From NCBI GenBank assembly GCA_951406725.2, contig OX597831.1, positions 80,104,001 through 80,168,000 of the forward strand: a stretch of DNA of 64,000 nt, read 5' to 3'. The position numbers and the translations under genes are program-made. The stretch comes from Octopus vulgaris (taxonomy: Eukaryota). The notes below the pieces were generated by a model. That model had not been told where the DNA came from. It did no database searches and saw only the letters and a list, made by a program, of their open reading frames with translations. Below, one piece after another: positions 55,135 to 64,000 of this stretch. Each line of letters begins with the position of its first letter. The first letter of the stretch is position 1.

Positions 55135-56753
55135 CATACGCACATACATATATATACATATATAAACATATATGTTTGTGTATGTGTATATATATATGTA
55201 TATGCGTATATATGTATATATATATGTGTGTATATGTATATATATGTATATATATATTCATATATACATATATATATATTTATATATATGTATATATATA
55301 TATATATATGCAGAAATGCTCAAATATATATGTGTATGCATATATGTTTGTGTATGTATATGTTTACATTTAGATGTGCATAAGTGTGTTTATACATTTA
55401 TATACCATTTATACATATATATGCAATACACATATAAATGCATATATGGATATGCATACGTGTCTTTATGTATGTATATATATATATATATATGTCTGTG
55501 CGTTCTGTGTCTGTGTGTGCGTATGCACATACACATACACACACATCATTTTCATTATTTTTTTTTTCTTGCTTTCTTTTGTTTTCCTTATCAGTTCTGA
55601 AATCCCGCAGGGATCAACCGTACTTAACAGACGCATAATACCTCAAGTCCAAGCCATTTACACAGCAATCAAGGAGAAAATAGTTTGGCGATTCTGTTTG
55701 GAGAGCCTGTTTAGTAAGGAATCAGAAATATTGCACGGCTTACAATTAGCACTTAAGGTCTTTGAGAGTTTCAAGCACTAAACAAGCCAACTAGATTTCT
55801 TGACATACGACACAAAACGCCACCATTGCTAACGATACATGACCGGAAGCTAATGGAAGATGCATTTTTCATTAAGCATTTTTTTTCTTCTCTTCTCTCT
55901 TCTTTCTGCTTCTTTTCCTTCTTTTTTTCTCTTTTTCTTTCTCGTCTTTCATTTTATAAATTTTATCTGGTTTTATTTTAAGATTATTTTTGTCGTTTGT
56001 TTTTCCTTTATTCATTTTTTTTTCTATACCACTTTAGATCTCGTGGTTTTCCACCATCTACCTATTTGTCAGACTGTCTATATATCTATTTATCGATTTT
56101 AGTTATATATATTATTTGTATATTTATGTTTGTGTGTGTGTTTTTTGTGTGTGTGTTTTTTGTGCGTGTATGTGTGTGTGTGTTATACATGTATATATAT
56201 GTACTTGTATGTCTATATATGTTATACAGGTATATAGATATATATATATATGTGTGTGTGTGCGTGCGTGTGTGTGTGTGTGCGAGTGTATATGTGTATC
56301 TATGAGTGTATGGTTGTAGGGACATCTATGTATGTACGTCTCTGTTTTCTCCTTTCTATAGTTCTCTCATTTTCTCCATCTTTTTAACAATATTTACCAC
56401 GTAAATTTCTCTCCCGCTTTCTCATTCTTTCTCTTTCTATTTCTCCCTCTCTCTCTCTCTCTCTCCCTCCAACCCTCTATCTATCTACCTCTCCCTTTTT
56501 TTCTCTTCCCTGTCATTCATACACACACACGGCTACACATATAAGTGCAGGTAAAGTGACATATCTTTACCGCCATATTACAAAATGGAAGTTTTACGAA
56601 TATCCCATATCGTTCTCTCCTCTTCTTTCTCACTTTGTGTCTCTCTTTCCAAAAACTTTATATTAGCTGCTTATATGTGCATGTGAATATATACCTATAT
56701 ACATGTACCTACATATCATTACATATACAAACATATATATGTATATATATATA

Positions 56754-56844
<91 letters not shown>

Positions 56845-56985
56845 TGAAAGGGAACACACGGGTTGGTATGTATAAGGAAAATAAGACAAGGTAGAAAATG
56901 GAAAGGAAGAAGTCGCAAAGACTGGGACCGATACTAAAATGTTCTTTATAATAAAATCATTTTAGCATTTTCTACCTTGCCTAAT

Positions 56986-57046
<61 letters not shown>

Positions 57047-57836
57047 GTATATATATATATATTATGTATCTACGTATGTATGTATGTATGTATGTATGTA
57101 TGTATGTATGTATGTATGTATGTATGTATGTATGTATGCATGTATGTATGTAAGTATGTATGTATAATTACAGTCAGTAGGTGAGAGCTAGATATGTTCA
57201 GTGTAGAAAACACATTGTAGTGCTCAAATGAATTGAGCTTACACTCCAAATTTTTCATCCAGGATTGGGTGGACGGCGTCAAGAATGCCTGTAAGCGAAA
57301 TCCAAGGTGAGCTGATATGGATACAGTGACGCAGGTAAACGCGATTAGGCTTGAGCATATATACATATATATGGAGAGAGATACTCATAGATATACATCT
57401 ATAATAATAAATGGCAAAACGAAATTCTGTGTGTCAGTGTGTCACACATTGAGCCCCCTCTCTCATTATTCAATGACATTTCTGTCATTCCTCATGTTGG
57501 GGTGAGAGTAATAGTAGGCATAGAGACGGCGAGGGGGTAGTAGATTGATAGTTGAGATAGTAATGAGGTGATCGTAATAGTATGAGCTGCAGTTTTGATA
57601 GAGGGGGAGGCGACGGTGATGATGGTGGTGGTAGTGGTGGTGATGGTGGTGGTGGTTGTAGCCGAGGCGGACAGGGATTACGGTGATAGTAAGCGATGTG
57701 AATGACAGTGGTGATGGTGGTGGAGGTGAAGGTAGTGAAGTAAAAGGTATTGATGATGGTGGCATCAGAAGTCTGAATGGAGTGTGCATGGCAGCTGTGG
57801 TAACACTGGTGATGGTGATGGTTGAAAACAATCAAC

Positions 57837-57901
<65 letters not shown>

Positions 57902-58417
57902 ATGTAAGAGATTAGACAGAAAAATATTGTACTGATCCCCGAATGAGAAGACAAAAAATGTTGTTTATCATGCAGCTTTGCAATAAGTTCCAAGTCGACA
58001 AATTATATCATTGTTTTGACCAAAATTGTTCATTGCTTGAAAAATATTGGTCAAGTTTAATAAAATTTAATATGTATTCAATGCTGGAAGTGTGATTGTT
58101 GGGCCCAAGGCTGAATGAAGAGCCCTCCCAAGACCCCTATGGGGTGGCTTTTAGGCTAGTAAATACATATAACTACTTGTTAATGAGATTCTCAACCACC
58201 TGTCTATTTACGGATATTAATGTGTTTCTATATAAATGCATTATCTCCATATCAGTTCAACTGGATTCCTCTTATAGAGACTGTTTACCATACTTTCTAT
58301 ATTGAGCATCTCTGGATCTCATTTGTTCTCTCTCTCTCTCTCTCTTTCTTCTTCTCTCTCACTCTCTATCTATCTCTCTTTCTCTGTATATATTTATATA
58401 TATTATATATATATTAT

Positions 58418-58792
58418 GTGGAGGCGCAATGGCCCAGTGGTTAGGGCAGCGGACTCGCGGTCATAGGATCGCGGTTTCGATTCCCAGACCGGGCGTTGTG
58501 AGTGTTTATTGAGCGAAAACACCTAAATCTCCACGCGGCTCCGGCAGGGGATGGTGGTGATCCCTGCTGTACTCTTTCACCACAACTTTCTCTCACTCTT
58601 AGTGTTGTACCTGTATTTCAAAGGGCCGGCCTTGTCACTCTCTGTGTCACGCTGAATATCCCCAAGAACTATGTTAAGGGTACACGTGTCTGTGGAGTGC
58701 TCAGCCACTTACACGTTAATTTCACGAGCAGGCTGTTCCGTTGATTCGGATCAACTGGAACCCTCGTCGTCGTAACCGACGGAGTGCTTCCA
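58418..58792 (+). mobile_element. Full-length tRNA-derived SINE (Arg-like head)
   Basis: ggaggcgcaatggcccagtggttagggcagcggactcgcggtc..ggtttcgattcccagaccggg with A/B boxes; shared tail ggaaccctcgtcgtcgtaaccgacggagtgc. Confidence 0.85.
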
Positions 58793-59240
58793 TTCCATAC
58801 ATATATATTATATACATATATATATATAAACGTCACTAAAGTAACAAAGTAACATTGAGTACAAAGTGGTACCAGCATTGCTAGAAATAAGTGTCAAAAA
58901 GCACTAATTTTAATAAATTGACGAAGGATATCGAGCTGCATAATGTAATGAGACAAAGTTCCCTTCTGAAGTAGCAGAGATACCCATTTTCTTTCATCGA
59001 GTGATTTCGAATTTTGATGCGTAGCATCTCAGTTCTGGTCAGTGGATCTTACTGCGCCTAGGGTTAAGCTCAATAGTTATACAAATAAAAATTTAACACT
59101 AATACCTTTGACCACCAAAATGAACCTCCTACATCTCAAATTTGGAATGCAGGATAAGGTACTGTTTACACAAAATTGTCATCGATTACCAAGATGAATT
59201 TAACAAGGATATATATATATCTATATATATATATATATAT

Positions 59241-59420
59241 CCGTAAATGTAATATGTGACAATTATTCGATAGCCATGATAAAACTCCGAGTTTCGGATG
59301 CCGAGGTGGAAATCCACACCGCCATCTCTTCAGTTATTCGGCCATCGGAAAAATGCTATAAAAAAAAAAAATTGGAGTTTTATCTTGGCTACCGAATAAT
59401 TGTCACATTTTACCTTTACA
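59241..59420 (-). mobile_element. Short HHR-bearing element with 5' inversion
   Basis: 59374-59412 is the reverse complement of 59250-59288; HHR between the arms; the 3' end abuts (TA)n at 59240. Confidence 0.75.
59269..59346 (-). ncRNA. Type I hammerhead ribozyme
   Basis: gatggcc ga ataa CTGAAGA GATG gcggt GTGG attt CCAC ctcgg CATC c GAAA CTC g GAG T T ttat cat ggctatc: bipartite helix I, canonical core, helix III ACTC/GAGT, GUU triplet; one extra C at the base of helix II. Confidence 0.78.
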
Positions 59421-59499
59421 GATAAATTCCTCTATTTACATAATATTCTCTTTCTTTCTTTTGTTGCCTTACCATTTTTATCAATATATATATAGAGAG

Positions 59500-59730
59500 A
59501 GGCGGCGAGCTGGCAGAATCGTTAGCACGCCGGGCGAAATGCATAGCCGTATTTCGTCTGCCGTTACGTTCTGAGTTCAAATTCCGCCGAGGTCGACTTT
59601 GCCTTTCATCCTCTCGGGGTCGATAAATAAAGTACCAGTTTTGCACTGGGTCGATGTAATCGACTTAATCCCTTTGTCTGCCCTTGTTTGTCCCCTCTAT
59701 GTTTAGCCCCTTGAGGGCAGTAAAGAAATA
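59500..59730 (+). mobile_element. Meta-domain-like SINE monomer
   Basis: ggcggcgagctggcagaatcgttagcacgccgggcgaaatgc..taaagaaata. Confidence 0.85.
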
Positions 59731-60313
59731 TATATATATAGAGAGAGATATATATACAAATTCAAAATTTTCCTCCTAAGTCAATCTGCATAAATCAAAA
59801 CCAATCATGGATTACTGAGATGAACTTACCAAGGATATAAATACAAACTTTAAATGTTATTACCAAAGTCTATCTGCATAAATCTAAACCAGTAAATTTT
59901 AATCTATTTTCAAAACTACTTTCTCTTATATTTTGCTAATTTTAAAACATTTGATATATTATAAAAATTTTATCTCCTCCATCTCAGACGAGCGGAAGTA
60001 TTGTATACCAATGTGTATCAATAATGGATTCCATTATAATGACAATGCTTTCGTGAAACGATCGTAAGATACATTAATTAACAAATTTTTAAGCTGTCAT
60101 ATTTCATATATCTATATATATTTTTAATACTATTTTAGACATCGTGAGGAATTTTTTTCATATTGAATTTCATGCTATTATTTCAAAATACAGTATATAT
60201 AATCGGTTATATTAAATGTCTAAATACTTAATAGTATTAATATTTTTGACATTTTATACAACGAGCACTCATTATAAATTCAGTTTAGTATAATATTCTA
60301 ACAGAATATATTT

Positions 60314-60339
60314 AATTAATACTACTACTACTACTACTA

Positions 60340-60424
<85 letters not shown>

Positions 60425-60452
60425 TAATAACAACAACAACAACAACAACAAC

Positions 60453-60513
<61 letters not shown>

Positions 60514-60557
60514 GTAACAATAATAATAATGATAATAATACTATTAATAATGATAAT
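60314..60557. repeat. Compound (TAC)n/(TAA)n/(CAA)n microsatellite
   Basis: Read directly from the sequence. Confidence 0.97.
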
Positions 60558-61316
60558 AAAATTCTAATGCCAAATATGCCTAAAATAGACTTAAATCGTC
60601 AATAACCATATAATTCATCACTATAAGCACGCGTCTCGAAATTTCTGTCGGCTTACTTCGAGATGCTTATAGTGATGAATTATATGGTTATTGGCGATTT
60701 GTATATTTTCGGCATATTTGGCATTAGAATCTTTTTCTTTTGCCCTTGTTTATAAGTTGTTTATAAATATAACCTTTAAAGGTATTTTTAATATGCTGGC
60801 CATTGATAGAATCTTTTTCGAAAAAAGTTATCCTATATTAGATGTAAATTTAATACTATTCACTTTTGGATTCTCTCACTCTATGAGAATTTTCAGTCCG
60901 ATCACACGTGTCTCGAGGTATGCTGGGGAATTTCTATTTTGGATATATTTGGGGTACTTAGGTGTACTCATGACTAGGTATTTGCTTCTTCCATGGGTAT
61001 AAGTATTTCATTTATTTCTTACCGTATTTATCGCTGACGAGGGGAAAATTCGTATGAATTAACTCTGAAATCGGAGCCGATACGATAATAACGGAATTTT
61101 TTAGAAATTTCTGTCGGCTTACTTCGAGACGCGTGCTTATAGTGATGAATTATATGGTTATTGACAATTTAAGTCTATTTTCGGCATGTTTGGCATTAGA
61201 ATTTTTTCTTTTGACCTTGTTTATAAGTTGTTTATAAATTTAACGTTTAAATGTATTTTTAAATATGCTGGCCATTGATAGAATTTTTTCGAAAAATTTT
61301 ATCCTATATTAGATGT
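60558..61316 (+). mobile_element. Second retrozyme-like element: 5' inverted segment + ~1.45 x 466-bp unit
   Basis: atttctgtcggcttacttcgaga occurs at 60641 and 61107. 60558-60640 is the reverse complement of ~61123-61205. There is one complete HHR, and the element ends in (TA)n. Confidence 0.82.
61022..61094 (+). ncRNA. Type I hammerhead ribozyme
   Basis: ccgt at ttatcg CTGACGA GGGG aa aattc gtat gaatt aa CTCT GAAA TCGG ag CCGA TA cgataa ta acgg: bipartite helix I, canonical core, helix III ATCGG/CCGAT, AUA triplet (cut after 61082). Confidence 0.85.
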
Positions 61317-61341
61317 ATATATATATATATATATATATATA

Positions 61342-61533
61342 GGGAGAATTCACGAAAAAAACACAAGACGAAAACAGGTGGTGTAGAAAACAAACATGTA
61401 TTAGTATAACTCTCGGGAATTGAACAAGTCTTTAACGTTTCGGGCCTACGCTCTTCCACAGAAAGGAACACAGAAAGAAACAAGGAGAGAAAAAAATGCG
61501 TGTAGTGTAGTAGCTACCGATCTATCGTGGCGA
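61342..61533 (-). mobile_element. Solo pseudo-LTR-like element (family C), HHR-like motif 61430-61465
   Basis: Minus strand: cttt CTGTGGA A GAGC gtag GCCC GAAAC GTT aaag; flanked by (TA)n on both sides. Confidence 0.7.
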
Positions 61534-61589
<56 letters not shown>

Positions 61590-61834
61590 AAAAACATGCA
61601 GAAAACACGAACGTTTTTATAAGAAGACTTGGGAAGGGAAAGCAGCATATGCATTTGTGTGTGTGAATATGTGTGAGTATGCGAGTATACGTGCACCCGT
61701 GTGAGAATGAAGACTACAATAAAAAAGAACAAAAACAGAGGGTCACACCATTAAAAATGTACACCCAGACTATACGCTCTGAGATACAAGATAACGAAAA
61801 TATATAACCCAGCGGATGTCATATATATACATAG

Positions 61835-61924
<90 letters not shown>

Positions 61925-61957
61925 ATATATGTATTTATGTATGTATGTATGTAAATG

Positions 61958-62011
<54 letters not shown>

Positions 62012-63149
62012 ATATATGCGTGTGTGTGCTTGTTCTTATGTGTATACGAGCACATAAATATATATGTGCGTATGTGTGTGTGGTGTGTGTGTGCATGTAT
62101 GTATGTGTGTGTGTGTGTTTGTTTGCATCCCGTAGGATGTAATGAAGACTTAGAGTAAGACACAAAACTGACGATAACAATAGCCACTGTGTTCTGTGTT
62201 TCGAACTCATGTAATCAATTGAAAATATAGGGGGGTGGGGTGATGGAAAAGTGGGAGAAGAAAGGGAGAGCGGGAAGAGGAAGAGAGGAAAAGGAAGAAA
62301 AAGAATATGCTGGAGGAGGAGGAGGTGTTGGAGTAAAAGAAGGGCAAGAACAAGATGAGGAAAGATGAGGAGAAGGTGGAAGAAGTTGTAGTAGTGATGG
62401 TGGGGGCGATGATTGAGGTGGTGGTGGTGGTGGTGGTACTGCTGCTGCTGCTGCTGGTGGGGAGGGTTAGTGGTGTTCGTAGAGAATAAAAAGGAAACGA
62501 AGAAGAAGAAGAAGAAGAAGAAGAAGAAGAAGAAGAAGAAGAATAACAACAATAACAACAACAACAACGACGACGACGACGACGAGAAAGGAAAGATTGT
62601 TCAAATTTTGGTGACGAGGACGATGATGATGATGATGATGATGATGATGACGGCGATGAGGATTATGACGATGACGACGATGAGGATTATGATGATGATG
62701 ATGGAGTGTAAGAACAACAGCAATAGGGCTTGAAACAACAAAAAATTTAGCCAATATATATAAACTACAAAATGGCCGATTCTCAAATATAAATAAAGAG
62801 AAAAGTAAAAAAGTCAAAAACGTTCTGATACCAGATCGAGGCTGCGTTTGACTTTGATGTTTAAAGATTTCCGATCGGAATGTTTTAGACGTTCACTCCA
62901 AGTGGTTATCTATGGACATACACACACGCATCTGTGTGTGTGTGTGTGTGTGTGTTTCAGTGATGGTAGTAGGGCGGGGGAATGTGTGTATGTGCGAGAG
63001 GGAGAGAGAGAGAGAGAGAGAGTCTATATGTATATGTTCATAACTTCGTACAATGTATATAAGTACATATTTGAATATTCACACACATACGCATACATAC
63101 AAACATGTATATAGTGTTTTGAGAATGAGGTGAGAAAAATATACAAATA

Positions 63150-63194
<45 letters not shown>

Positions 63195-63446
63195 TCTTAC
63201 ACATGCGCATATTGTATACACATACGCACACACACACACACATCTATACCTAAGCATGTATATACATACATATATAGGTGAGTATATATACATACCTATG
63301 TATATACAGATATATAGTATTATATCTATTTGAGTATGTTTGCATATTGACTATATATATATGTGTGAGAATGTGCGTGTGTCTGTATACGTATATATGT
63401 ATATATACATATATATATGTGTATATGTATACACACACATACATAA

Positions 63447-63506
<60 letters not shown>

Positions 63507-63770
63507 ATATGTATGTATGTATGTACAAATACATGAAAGTATATGCATATATATATACATATGGATAACATACTCACATGAACGTGCGGGTGTATGTTTG
63601 TGTGTGTGTGTGTGTGCGCGCGCGCGTGGCACGAGGATAACAGAGAGACCAAGAAGGAAAGAAAAGGAGAGCAAAGAAGAATTAAGGCAATAAAGAAAGA
63701 TGGCGGCGCAAACTAAGAGAGAGATGAGCAAACAGATAAATTGATAACAGCTCGAATGGACGACGAGGTT

Positions 63771-63808
<38 letters not shown>

Positions 63809-63894
63809 ATGAATGGAGGACTATTGATTAATTAGGTTCCCGTTAATATGGGTGTGGACGACTATGTGTGTGTGTGTGTATATATACATAATAT

Positions 63895-63951
<57 letters not shown>

Positions 63952-64000
63952 GTGTGTGTTTATACATATAAATACATATATATGCACATATATATGTATA

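Noticed and set aside
58418-58495. Functional tRNA genes at SINE heads (also 15250-15320, 29500-29566, 10228-10290)
   Set aside because: Incomplete cloverleafs; in most cases they continue directly into repeat bodies shared by multiple copies.

Overview
AT-rich, microsatellite-saturated animal genomic DNA. The SINE repertoire and the density of (TA)n/(CA)n/(GAT)n/(GGT)n tracts suggest an Octopus-like cephalopod (inference). No host protein-coding gene can be supported, and nearly all ORFs in the track are translations of simple repeats. The one real coding region is a near-intact Penelope-like retroelement (Neptune-type; RT + Cys linker + GIY-YIG; 180-3028, minus strand) broken by a single 1-nt frameshift, with a minimal hammerhead ribozyme (HHR) in its upstream pseudo-LTR. 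The main unexplained signal is a set of non-coding, hammerhead-bearing elements. (i) A tandem array of 491-bp near-identical units (41206-42928, plus an inverted piece running into an assembly gap). Each unit carries a complete type I HHR on the minus strand with an unusually long, G-U-rich helix II, and the whole unit is extensively self-complementary, i.e. a retrozyme/circRNA-like element. (ii) An unrelated 466-bp-unit element with its own complete type I HHR (60558-61316). (iii) A third HHR element (59241-59420). (iv) A tRNA-head + HHR-like tandem unit (9920-10290). (v) At least eight solo pseudo-LTR-like minimal HHRs. Several share one architecture: inverted segment at the 5' end and 3' end running into (TA)n, consistent with mobilisation in trans by Penelope-like RT/endonuclease. 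The rest is tRNA-derived SINEs, mariner/Tc1 remnants and MITEs, LINE 3' fragments, a 5S rRNA pseudogene, palindromes and simple repeats. All structures were read by eye; no folding or database search was run.
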